Positions 49,132-58,391 of a stretch of DNA of 64,000 nucleotides are shown piece by piece; within the stretch, counting starts at the first letter, position 1, and each line of letters starts with the position of its first letter. A program made the translations under genes and the position numbers. Origin of the DNA: Gemmatimonadaceae bacterium (GTDB lineage: Bacteria > Gemmatimonadota > Gemmatimonadetes > Gemmatimonadales > Gemmatimonadaceae); NCBI GenBank assembly GCA_051859245.1, contig JBHYGA010000005.1, positions 338,993 to 402,992 of the forward strand. Reading direction: 5' to 3'. The notes beneath the pieces were generated by a model. That model was not told the origin of the DNA, searched no databases, and was given only the letters and a program-made list of their open reading frames with translations.

Positions 49132-49732
49132 ACAGGCGCTCCTTTGCCGACGGCGGCGGTGTATCCCGTTCCAGTTCACGTACTGCCGCGGCAAGGCGAA
49201 GTCGTGCGCGATGCAGTCTGCTTTTCATGGCGGGCAGTGTCAGATTGAGTGCCAGCGCGGTTTGTTCGCCGGAGAGCTCTTCGATTTCACGCAGCAACAG
49301 GATTTCGCGATCTTCCGAAGTGAGCATCGCCAGCGCCCGCGTGACCAATTCGTGCGCGTCCGCAGCGGCTCCTCCATCCGTTCGTCCCCATCCGGCACGG
49401 TCGGCAATGCTTTCCATCGACTCTGCAGATTCGAGCGGTGCCCAATGCGATTGTTCACCCACAGCGCGTCGTTGTGATTGACGCACCGCGTTGCGCACAA
49501 TGGTGAGCAACCACGACCTCACGCTGCCATCGCCGCGATAGTTCGCTGCCGCCCGCCACGCCGACACAAACGACTCTTGCAACACATCATCGAGTTCCGC
49601 ACCGCGCATTCCCAGCGACAGCGCAAAGCGGTGCAGGGCCTCGGCGTGCGCGGTTACGAGGCGGTCGAACGCGGTGGTGTCGCCCGCAGCTGCGGCAGCA
49701 AGTAGTTGCTGATCAGCGTCCTGGGACGTCAT
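49124..49732 (-). CDS. ECF-subfamily RNA polymerase sigma-70 factor
   Basis: Region 2 (DDVLQESFVSAWRAAANY) and region 4 (LSGEQTALALNLTLPAMKSRLHRARLRL). Confidence 0.75.
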   Translation of the reverse strand: MTSQDADQQLLAAAAAGDTTAFDRLVTAHAEALHRFALSLGMRGAELDDVLQESFVSAWRAAANYRGDGSVRSWLLTIVRNAVRQSQRRAVGEQSHWAPLESAESMESIADRAGWGRTDGGAAADAHELVTRALAMLTSEDREILLLREIEELSGEQTALALNLTLPAMKSRLHRARLRLAAAVRELERDTPPPSAKERLYA

Positions 49733-51416
49733 CAAGCGGCCTTGCATTGACACCCAACGCGGCCAGCCGCCGCATATGCACTACGAGTCGCGAGCGAAAG
49801 TCTGTGAAGTTCTTGAGCGACGCTGGTGTCCACACCACTTCAGCAAGTGCGGAGAGTCGCGGGAACGCCATGTATTCCACGTGACGCGGCGTCTTCATGT
49901 ATTCTGTCCACAGTTGCCCCTGCGCGCCAAGAATATGTTTGGCTTCGGCTGCATTCAGCGACGCCGGAACGGGCTCGTACGCGTACACCGTATCGAGCGG
50001 AAGAAAGCCACCAAATGCGCGCGGCTCTTTTTTCAGATCGCGCGACTGGTAGTAGTCGAGATACGTGTGCGAGGTTGGTGCCATGACCACATCGTGCCCT
50101 TCGCGCGCCGCAGCAATGCCACCCGCGGTGCCACGCCATGACATGACGGTGGCATTCGGTGCGAGTCCGCCCTCGAGAATTTCATCCCATCCGATAAGGC
50201 GGCGGCCTTTTGACGTGAGGAACGTATCCATGCGCCGAATGAACCAGCTCTGCAACTCGTGTTCGTTCGCTACGCCAAGTTCGCGCATGCGCGCCTGAAC
50301 GCGCGCGCTGGCCTTCCACTGCGTTTTGGACGCTTCATCGCCGCCCACGTGAATGAACGGTCCGGGAAAGAGGCCCATGACCTCGGTTAGCACATCCTGC
50401 ATGAAGAGAATGGTGCTCTCTTCCACGTTCAGAATGACATCGCTCACGCCCCATACCTGATGCGGTGCAAACGTGCTGTCGGGGTACACGCCAAGTTCCG
50501 GATACGCCGCGATGGCGGCTTGCGCGTGCCCGGGCATCTCGATTTCCGGAACGATCGTGATGTGCCGCTCCGCAGCGTACGCCACCACTTCACGAATATC
50601 CTGCTGTGTGTAGTGACCGCAGTGACGGATGCCGTCAAACACCTGTTTTTCGGGATCGGTGTAGTACGCGCCGTGCATCGTTTGCTCGCGGCATCCGCCC
50701 ACCTGCGTCAGCTTCGGATACTTGAGAATCTCAATGCGCCAGCCCTGATCTTCCGTGAGGTGCCAGTGAAAGGTGTTGAGCTTGTGCAGCGCCATCAGAT
50801 CAAGGTGACGCTTCACATAGTCGACCGGCATGAAGTGTCGCCCAACATCAAGATGCGAACCGCGCCACACAAAGCGCGGCCGATCAACAATGCGCACCGC
50901 CGGAGCCGTCCATGCAACACCCGCCACCTTGGCCGATCGCAAGATTTCCGGCGGCAACAACTGCTTGAGCGTTTGCGTGCCGTAGAACAGTCCTGTACCG
51001 GTTGACGCGCGAACCATCACGCGCTCGCGCGACGCCTCAAGCGTGTAGCCTTCGCGGCCAAGTGAATCGAGTGAGGCGTCACGAATGAGCGCGATCACGG
51101 AGCGTGCACCGGTGCGCGGCGCGCCAACGCGCACCGTCAGCGCGTAGCCGGTGGCCGGTGTCAGCGATCGCGCAAACGCGTGCGCGATCATGGAGTCGTT
51201 CGCGCTGACCGCGATCTCCGTGGCCGGGCTGAGTGTGAACTCGCCCGTTCGTGGCTCCAACAGCACAGGACGCGGAATGATTGTGTACCGCGCGCTCGTG
51301 TCCTGCGCCGCGAGCGGCATCGACACCAGTCCGAACACGGTGCACAGCAGGCGAATAATTGGCAGTGCGCGGCGGTCAGTCACAGCGAGTCGATCCAGCC
51401 TTGGTAAGCGAATCAT
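49713..51416 (-). CDS. Secreted beta-N-acetylhexosaminidase (GH20)
   Basis: Catalytic HVGGDE motif. LNTFHWHLTEDQGWRIEI. Signal peptide. Confidence 0.8.
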   Translation of the reverse strand: MIRLPRLDRLAVTDRRALPIIRLLCTVFGLVSMPLAAQDTSARYTIIPRPVLLEPRTGEFTLSPATEIAVSANDSMIAHAFARSLTPATGYALTVRVGAPRTGARSVIALIRDASLDSLGREGYTLEASRERVMVRASTGTGLFYGTQTLKQLLPPEILRSAKVAGVAWTAPAVRIVDRPRFVWRGSHLDVGRHFMPVDYVKRHLDLMALHKLNTFHWHLTEDQGWRIEILKYPKLTQVGGCREQTMHGAYYTDPEKQVFDGIRHCGHYTQQDIREVVAYAAERHITIVPEIEMPGHAQAAIAAYPELGVYPDSTFAPHQVWGVSDVILNVEESTILFMQDVLTEVMGLFPGPFIHVGGDEASKTQWKASARVQARMRELGVANEHELQSWFIRRMDTFLTSKGRRLIGWDEILEGGLAPNATVMSWRGTAGGIAAAREGHDVVMAPTSHTYLDYYQSRDLKKEPRAFGGFLPLDTVYAYEPVPASLNAAEAKHILGAQGQLWTEYMKTPRHVEYMAFPRLSALAEVVWTPASLKNFTDFRSRLVVHMRRLAALGVNARPLDDVPGR

Positions 51417-52104
51417 TGATGCACCGGTGATGTTGAGATGCGCGCATCGGCCCAGCCTTGGAGCGCCGCGGCAGTTCGCGCAAAATCTTCCGGATCGGTG
51501 GCGCGCGCATGCACTGCACGAAGCGGCGCGGCATCGAGCAACGCTCCCACGTTGTGCGAGCGAATGCCGCCACCCGCCATGATGGTTAACTGCGATCCGG
51601 CACGTTCTTGCAAGCGTGATAGCATGCCTGCGCCCTCAAGCGCAGACTTTTGGCCGCCCGACGTGAGCACGACCTGTACACCGAGTGACATGAGGGCGTC
51701 TATCGCGCGCAGTTGATCACGCACCTGGTCGAACGCCCGATGAAACACCACCGGAGTGCTGCCTGCCACCTCGATGAACGCGCGTGTGGTTTGGATGTCA
51801 ATGTCACCCGCGTCCGTGAGCGGTCCGATCACAATCGCGTCCGCTCCTGCGCCAACTGCAAGCTGAATATCACGCCGCATGATGGCACGCCATGCGTGGT
51901 CGACTACAAAATGCTCGGTCTGCGCACGAATCATCACGTGTACCGGTACGTGCACTGCGGCCTTGCACGCCTCAAGTAGTCCGAGGCTTGGTGTAGTGCC
52001 TCCGTCGCCGGGACCGCAAAGCTCCACGCGATCCGCGCCCGCCGCGACGGCCGCGCACGCTTGCGCAACCGTCGCAACACACGCTTCAAGCTGTGGTCGC
52101 ACTG
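51413..52104 (-). CDS. cutC: CutC-family copper homeostasis protein (TIM barrel)
   Basis: [31 protein letters not shown] and VVLTSGGQ motifs of CutC. Start uncertain (in-frame GTG at about 52104; ORF extends to 52300). Confidence 0.6.
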
Positions 52105-53309
52105 GCCGCACGCGGTCTGAACAACAACAGGAAGAGCACCAGCACAACCGCTGCCATGGCTGCCGGTACCTGCCAGATCGCCGTCCAGTCGTGACCCTCA
52201 CCAACCCGATTCGCCTCCACAATCTGGCCGGCGCTGAACGAGCCAATGAAGTTACCCAGACCAAACGTGACAAACGCGAGAAAGCCCTGCGCCGACGCAC
52301 GGATCGCCAGCGGCGCTTGCTGATCCACGTAAATCTGTCCCGTCACGAAGAAGAAGTCGTAGCACACGCCGTGCAGGAGAATGCCAATGTACAGCAGCGC
52401 CATGCCCGATCCCGCATCGCCGTACGCAAAGGCGAGATATCGAAGCGCCCACGCGGCCATACCGATCAGCAGAATCTTCTTCACACCAAAACGCGAGAGG
52501 AAAAACGGCAGGGCGAGCAGGAACGCCATTTCCGACATTTGCCCCAGCGTTTGCATGGCCGCCGGCTTCGCCACGCCCAATTCGTTCAGGAACGGATTGG
52601 TAAACGCATAATAGAACTGCAGTGGAATGCAGAGCAGAAATGAGCCCACCACAAACATCAGAAACGATCGGTCGCGCAGCATGGCGAGCGCGTCGAGGCC
52701 AAGGACATCACGCGCGGTCACTGCCTTGCCAACCGAATGTGGTGGTGTGTGCGGCAGCATGAAACAGAACAGCCCCAGCACGAGTGACGCCGCCGCCGCA
52801 ATCTGCATGGGCTGCGCGGTGCTCTCCACGCCGAGCCATCCAACGAGCAGTCCGGCCACAATCCAGCCCACGGTGCCGAGTACACGTACGCGCGGAAAGT
52901 CTCGCGCGGCGTCGGGCAAATGGTCAAAGCTGATCGAGTTGCTCAGCGCCAGCGTGGGCATGAAACACAACGCATACGCGAGTAGCAGCGCGTAGAACGA
53001 ACCAAACGTGGTTTGTGTGGACGCGAACCAGAGCAGGGTGCCGCCGAGTAAATGCAACACCGCCAACACACGCTGCGTGGGGAAAAACCGGTCGGCCACC
53101 ATACCCACAAAAAATGGTGAGACAATAGCCGCCACCGCGTTGGCGCCGTACGCGAGTCCGATCTGACCGCCGTCAAACTTGAGCTCGGTGCCGAGCCATG
53201 TGCCCATCGTGACCGCCCATGCGCCCCACACGAAGTACTGCAGGAACATGAGCACCGACAATTTCACTCGGGTTCCGGAATCCGCCGCGCGCGCGACTGC
53301 GGCGCTCAT
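52086..53309 (-). CDS. MFS nucleoside:H+ symporter (NupG/XapB family)
   Basis: [23 protein letters not shown] and [32 protein letters not shown] closely parallel E. coli NupG. Start trimmed to ATG 53309. Confidence 0.7.
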   Translation of the reverse strand: MSAAVARAADSGTRVKLSVLMFLQYFVWGAWAVTMGTWLGTELKFDGGQIGLAYGANAVAAIVSPFFVGMVADRFFPTQRVLAVLHLLGGTLLWFASTQTTFGSFYALLLAYALCFMPTLALSNSISFDHLPDAARDFPRVRVLGTVGWIVAGLLVGWLGVESTAQPMQIAAAASLVLGLFCFMLPHTPPHSVGKAVTARDVLGLDALAMLRDRSFLMFVVGSFLLCIPLQFYYAFTNPFLNELGVAKPAAMQTLGQMSEMAFLLALPFFLSRFGVKKILLIGMAAWALRYLAFAYGDAGSGMALLYIGILLHGVCYDFFFVTGQIYVDQQAPLAIRASAQGFLAFVTFGLGNFIGSFSAGQIVEANRVGEGHDWTAIWQVPAAMAAVVLVLFLLLFRPRAASATTA

Positions 53310-53633
53310 GTGAGCACCACCACGCGTGACTGTGTCCACGCACCAAGCAGCTGGTGACGACCGTTGGAGAACGGGTGCCGCGGCAGGCCGCCCGTTCCGC
53401 GGGGGGACAAGCGCGAACACGGGCGCAACGTGGTGAGAAGGCGCGATTTCATCGAGGAGGGCGCAGGTGGGAGGGAAGGTGCCAGCGCGAACGTACCGCA
53501 CCGCGCACGTTGACTCAAGCGGCGATGCGCGCCAATTCGTCCCGGACGCCCTGCCGCCGCTGCCGACAGGCTAATTTGCTGTGCACAGTGGCACGAAGGT
53601 CTCTGCCGTCCCTCCCTCAAGCGGTGTGAAGCG

Positions 53634-54038
53634 ATGGATCACTCACCAGGTTTTCTTGCGCACGTCGAGTCGCGACGTGATCGCGTGGTTGAACGCACAG
53701 TGCCCGAGGCGCGTGAGCTCATCGCGCACACTCCCGGCGCGCGCTTGATCGATGTGCGCGAAGACAACGAGTGGGCGGCAGGACACGCCGCTGGTGCTGA
53801 ACACCTCGCGCGCGGCGTGCTCGAGCGCGATATCGAACGCATGGTGCCCGACCCGGCCACACCGCTGTTTTTGTATTGTGGCGGAGGCTATCGCTCCATT
53901 CTTGCGGCCGCGACGCTTCGCGAAATGGGCTACACCAACGTGACGTCAATCGCGGGCGGATGGCGCGCCTGGGAAGAATCCGGAGCGCCGGTTGATCGCA
54001 TGGCGGTGGCGGGCGAGGCGCAAGCGGATGGCCAGTAG
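53634..54038 (+). CDS. Rhodanese-like sulfurtransferase domain protein
   Basis: LIDVREDNEWAAGH...LYCGGGYRS active-site Cys loop. Confidence 0.7.
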   Translation: MDHSPGFLAHVESRRDRVVERTVPEARELIAHTPGARLIDVREDNEWAAGHAAGAEHLARGVLERDIERMVPDPATPLFLYCGGGYRSILAAATLREMGYTNVTSIAGGWRAWEESGAPVDRMAVAGEAQADGQ

Positions 54039-54426
54039 TTCCGCTGGAGACAAGGCCGCACCCGTCACGGCAACGCCCACGACCGCCTCACCGCGCCGAC
54101 GCGCGTTGCTCACCACCGGCATGCTCATGCTGCTTGGCGTGATGCCAGGCATGGGAATTTCGGGCGGACTCATGCTCGGTATTGCAGATCGATTTTTCAT
54201 CGCCTTCAATGGCGGCACGGCGCTTCGGGCTATCGGTGAAACGGCGTGGCCGCTCTCGCTCATTGTGACCGTGTTGCTTCCGCTACCGCTGCTGCCGGTC
54301 TTGAGCTGGGTGTCGCGCTGGAAGGCGGGTGGTGTTGGCACTCGACTGTTCGCGGTGCTCGGCGTGTTGTTCCTGTGGGGATTGCTGCTCGCGGTTGTCG
54401 GACTGGCAATTGCGATTCGTCGCTAA
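54028..54426 (+). CDS. Hypothetical 3-TM membrane protein
   Basis: Hydrophobic ORF overlapping the rhodanese stop by 11 nt. No known motif. Confidence 0.3.
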   Translation: MASSSAGDKAAPVTATPTTASPRRRALLTTGMLMLLGVMPGMGISGGLMLGIADRFFIAFNGGTALRAIGETAWPLSLIVTVLLPLPLLPVLSWVSRWKAGGVGTRLFAVLGVLFLWGLLLAVVGLAIAIRR

Positions 54427-54463
54427 CGCGCGTTCACGCACGATGCTTCTGCGGAGGTTTCGA

Positions 54464-54979
54464 ATGTTGATGCCTGGTTTTGGATGTGTTGTACGACGTG
54501 CGCTTGCGATCGCGCTACTCGCGCTCGGGAGTGCATTGCCCGCCACCGCACAGGGATTGTTGAACTCAGACGATCCCCGTCACGCCGAAATACTTTCTGT
54601 GGTGACACGGTTGTTCGACGGCATGCGCATGAGCGATACCGCCATGGCGCGTACGCTGTTTCATCCGGATGCGCAGCTGCTCACCACCACCATGCGTGAA
54701 GGACAGCCGTCAGTCTCCCGCGACTCGGTTGCTGCGTTCCTGCGCAGCATTGGAACGGTGCGTGCAGAAAAGCTCGATGAGCGCATCAAGAATCCACGCG
54801 TGTTGCTCGACGGTACGCTTGCGGTCGTGTGGGTGGACTACGATCTGTTTGTCGGCTCACGATTCATTCATTGTGGCGTGGACGCGTTTCAGATTGCGAA
54901 GGTCGGCGCCCGCTGGCAGATCGTCTCGCTGGCCGACACGCGGCGTCGCGACGGCTGTTCACCACCGCCCGCCAACTGA
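54464..54979 (+). CDS. NTF2-like (SnoaL/DUF4440-type) secreted protein
   Basis: ggagg RBS 6 nt upstream. Signal peptide. NTF2-like pattern (LDGTLAVVWVDYDLFVGSRFIHCGVDAFQIAKVGARWQIVSL). Confidence 0.5.
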   Translation: MLMPGFGCVVRRALAIALLALGSALPATAQGLLNSDDPRHAEILSVVTRLFDGMRMSDTAMARTLFHPDAQLLTTTMREGQPSVSRDSVAAFLRSIGTVRAEKLDERIKNPRVLLDGTLAVVWVDYDLFVGSRFIHCGVDAFQIAKVGARWQIVSLADTRRRDGCSPPPAN

Positions 54980-54990
54980 ACGTGGACGCG

Positions 54991-55608
54991 ATGATCAGTG
55001 CGGAATCGCTGATCGCATTGGCAGTGGGACTCGGTCTCGCGGCGGCCGCGGGAATGCGTGTCTTTCTTCCGCTGTTCGTGCTCGGCGTGTCGGGCGCCAC
55101 TGGTGTGGTGCCCTTGGCCGACGGATGGTCGTGGGTGTCGTCGCCCGCAGCGCTGATCGGACTCGGCACGGCGATGGCACTGGAGATCGGAGCGTATTAC
55201 ATCCCGTGGCTCGACAATGCCCTTGATGTGATCGCGACTCCTGCGGCACTGATCGCCGGCATGATCGCGACCGCGTCTGTGCTGATCGATGTGCCACCCA
55301 TGCTGAAGTGGGCGATTGTGATCATCGGCGGTGGTGGCATGGCCGGATTAACACAGGGGGCAAGTGTGCTGGCGCGTGCAAAATCGAGCGCGCTTACCGG
55401 TGGGCTCGCCAATCCAGCGGTGTCGACGGTGGAGTGGATGGGCGCACTCGTCATTGCCTTGCTCGCCGTGCTGGTCCCGATCGTGGCGCTACTCCTGGTC
55501 GTTGCGCTGATCGTGTTTGTTGTTCGACGCACCGGCCGATTGCTCTTTGGCAAACGAGCGCGTCCACGTACGCCGGTCACTGTTTCTTCCGATACATCGT
55601 CTCGTTAA
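54991..55608 (+). CDS. DUF4126 membrane protein
   Basis: MISAESLIALAVGLGLAAAAGMRVFLPLFVLG start typical of DUF4126. Four to five TM helices. Confidence 0.5.
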   Translation: MISAESLIALAVGLGLAAAAGMRVFLPLFVLGVSGATGVVPLADGWSWVSSPAALIGLGTAMALEIGAYYIPWLDNALDVIATPAALIAGMIATASVLIDVPPMLKWAIVIIGGGGMAGLTQGASVLARAKSSALTGGLANPAVSTVEWMGALVIALLAVLVPIVALLLVVALIVFVVRRTGRLLFGKRARPRTPVTVSSDTSSR

Positions 55609-55628
55609 CTCTTGCTTCGTTCATCGCC

Positions 55629-56156
55629 ATGAGCACCGATTCACGCTATCCCATTGGCAAGTTTTCCCGACCGCCGCACGTGTCAGCAGAGGAGCGACGC
55701 GCGCTCGTGCAGCGCATGCAGGCGCTTCCGGCGCGGTTGCGCAGTGCGGTGAACGGGCTCAGTGCCGAGCAGCTCGAGACACCGTACCGCGACGGAGGAT
55801 GGACGATTCGGCAGGTCGTGCATCATATCGGCGACAGTCACGCGAACTGTCTGATGCGTTTCAAGCTCGGGCTCACAGAGCAGCGTCCGACGATTCGGCC
55901 GTACGAAGAGAACGACTGGGTGCGCACGCCAGACGCGCAGTCACTCACGCTGGATGACCTGCTGCAGTTTGTGGATGTCTTGCATGTCCGACTGCACGCG
56001 ATTGTCTCTTCACTCGACGAGCACACCGGTGCGCGCACAATTGTGCATCCGGACAGCGGTGAGCAAACGCTTGATCAGCTGCTCGCGCTGTACGCATGGC
56101 ATGGTGATCACCACGTGGCGCACATCGCGAACGCGCGCACGCACCACGGATGGTGA
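55629..56156 (+). CDS. DinB/YfiT-family metal-dependent hydrolase or bacillithiol S-transferase-like protein
   Basis: GKFSRPPHVSAEE...GWTIRQVVHHIGDSHANC...WHGDHHVAHI (His-triad of DinB_2). Confidence 0.65.
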   Translation: MSTDSRYPIGKFSRPPHVSAEERRALVQRMQALPARLRSAVNGLSAEQLETPYRDGGWTIRQVVHHIGDSHANCLMRFKLGLTEQRPTIRPYEENDWVRTPDAQSLTLDDLLQFVDVLHVRLHAIVSSLDEHTGARTIVHPDSGEQTLDQLLALYAWHGDHHVAHIANARTHHGW

Positions 56157-56201
56157 CTGGGCGGGCGATGTTCGTTCGCTCAACGCGCGCTGCCAGACGC
56201 G

Positions 56202-58232
56202 TTACGGCGTACCGGTTACGAACGTCGCCCGATTTCCTACCGCAGTGACACTGCCGGTGCGCGACACGCCGCCGGTCACGCCGAACAGATACGCCATGGT
56301 ACCCGACTCGATCGTGCGCCAGCGATCGCCGTCGTAGCGCAACACGGTTCCGCTGTCGCCTACGGCGTAGACTTCGGTTGGACTGCGGCCCCAGATACCA
56401 CGCAAATCACGTGTGGTGGGAGACGGCATGGACGTCGCGCGTTGCCCATCCCATCGCAGCAACACACCACGATCTCCAATGACGAACACATCGTTTGCCG
56501 ACGAGCCCCACACGCCGCGCAGAATCACCGATGTTGATGTGGGCTCAGGCTTCCATCGCTCACCGTCGTAACGCAGCAGGAGTCCGGTGTCGCCAACGGC
56601 GAAAACATTGGAGCCGTCGGCACCCCACACCGCACGAAGGAAGCGTTGCGTACCACTGGGTTGCTGCAACCAGCCGTTACCAGACGAGCGTAGAATGCGA
56701 CCGCCTTGTCCAACAATGACATGGTCGTTTTCGCCGAGCGTCCACACACTGCGCAACAGGATTGGCACGCGCTCACCTTCCACTCGCCACGAGGTGCCGT
56801 TGTAGCGCAAAATCGCACCCGTATCACCAACGGCCACGATGTCTGTTGGACCACTGCCGCTAATGCCGTACAGGTCGTTCACCTCCGGTACTTCGAGCCA
56901 TTCAAAACCGCTCGCTGTTTGGTGACCGACCGAACCACCGAGTCCAACAACAAACAGGGAACCGTTCGCAAATGCGGGTTGCCACGCGGACACCAGCACC
57001 GCGTCGAGCAGCTCCACGACCGGACGCGAACCGGCACGGTAGCTGAGCAGCGCATTGTACCAGCCCGCCATGCGAACGCCGCCCGGCTCTACGCTTGACG
57101 GTCCGACCGCGCGCAAGTTCTGACCTGATCCAATACCAATCGACTGCCACGTCGCGCCATCAAACTTCCAGAAGGCGCCGGCATTACCCGCGGCGTACAC
57201 TTCGGTGCCCGAGCGTCCCCACACCGCGAACAGATTCGAACGATTCGGGGTGTTCATGGGGCGCCAGTCATCGCCGTCCCAGCGAATCACCGTTCCTTGT
57301 GTGCCCACCGCAAATGCATCGGTGGGCGACGCGGACCAGACGCCGAGCAAGAGTTGTTGCGTGGGTGATTCGAAACGCTCCCAGAGCGTGCCGCGATTGC
57401 GCAGAATCACGCCGTTGTTGCCCACAGCCCACAAGTCTGTGCGACTCGTGCCGTGCACCGACCAGATCTCTTCATTGGTTGGCGTGGCCTGCACGCTCCA
57501 CAGTTGTCCATCCCAGCGCGCAAGAAATCCGCCGTCGCCGCTGGCGTACACTTCATTCGCCGAGAGACCCCATACACTCAGCAAGGTGCGTGGCATGATG
57601 GGGTCGACCAGCTCCCACGTGGTGCCGTTGCCGCGCATGAGCAACCCACCAGAGCCGACCGCCCAGATTTCGGTGGGGCTCGCACCCCAGATGCTGACGA
57701 TGATTTCTTCGGTCGGCACGGGCACGATCGTCCAGGCACCACCACCCACCGATTTCAGCATGGTACCGGCCGTACCGGCGGCCCAGGCGGTGCCGGCGCC
57801 GTCATCCCAGAGCGCGAGCAGCGAGGCGTCCGCGTTGCCTTGCCGGATCACTTCCCAGCGAGCGGCGCCGGGTGCGAGCGCGGTCACGCCTACGGTCATG
57901 GCTACGCGAATCCCATTTACCTCCACCGCAATGCGCGCAGCACCCTCAGCGATCGCGACCACTTCGCCACGCGCGTTCACCGTGGCCACAGCCGGTGCAT
58001 CGCTTGACCACTCGGGGCTGATCGTGCCGACTACCGGTGCGCCCGTGCTATCACGCACGTCAAGGGTGAGCTGGCGTGTTTGACCTGGCTGCAGGAATGT
58101 GGAGGCCGGCACGATGGCAACACTGGCCACCACTGGCGCGTCGGGCGGCGCCACCGGTGGAGCTTCATCGCACGAAATCAAAACCAGCATGGCCAGCGCG
58201 AGCGCGCCCGACCGAAGAAACGCAGACGTCAT
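56202..58232 (-). CDS. Lipoprotein with Big_2 Ig-like domain and about 14 Ycf48/BNR-like beta-propeller repeats
   Basis: Lipobox LISC. N-terminal Ig-like segment. Repeated W(G/S)xSxx(D/E)V(Y/F)AVGxxGxxLRxDGxxW units. Confidence 0.6.
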   Translation of the reverse strand: MTSAFLRSGALALAMLVLISCDEAPPVAPPDAPVVASVAIVPASTFLQPGQTRQLTLDVRDSTGAPVVGTISPEWSSDAPAVATVNARGEVVAIAEGAARIAVEVNGIRVAMTVGVTALAPGAARWEVIRQGNADASLLALWDDGAGTAWAAGTAGTMLKSVGGGAWTIVPVPTEEIIVSIWGASPTEIWAVGSGGLLMRGNGTTWELVDPIMPRTLLSVWGLSANEVYASGDGGFLARWDGQLWSVQATPTNEEIWSVHGTSRTDLWAVGNNGVILRNRGTLWERFESPTQQLLLGVWSASPTDAFAVGTQGTVIRWDGDDWRPMNTPNRSNLFAVWGRSGTEVYAAGNAGAFWKFDGATWQSIGIGSGQNLRAVGPSSVEPGGVRMAGWYNALLSYRAGSRPVVELLDAVLVSAWQPAFANGSLFVVGLGGSVGHQTASGFEWLEVPEVNDLYGISGSGPTDIVAVGDTGAILRYNGTSWRVEGERVPILLRSVWTLGENDHVIVGQGGRILRSSGNGWLQQPSGTQRFLRAVWGADGSNVFAVGDTGLLLRYDGERWKPEPTSTSVILRGVWGSSANDVFVIGDRGVLLRWDGQRATSMPSPTTRDLRGIWGRSPTEVYAVGDSGTVLRYDGDRWRTIESGTMAYLFGVTGGVSRTGSVTAVGNRATFVTGTP

Positions 58233-58391
58233 GCGTAGAGCCTATGGGGAGGACACGCGACAGGCAACCGCTTGCCGCTGGACACGTTGTTTCCTTAGTT
58301 ACGCGCACGACGACTGCCGCCGGTTTGCGCGCGCGGCACACGTTCTGATGGCAACGCTCGCCACCGCACTCACCTCGCCGGACCACGCGCC

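Noticed and set aside
53310-53633. Possible riboswitch in the 5' leader of the nucleoside permease gene
   Set aside because: No recognisable conserved riboswitch core could be identified by eye. The region is simply a GC-rich open frame extension. This would need an Infernal/Rfam scan.
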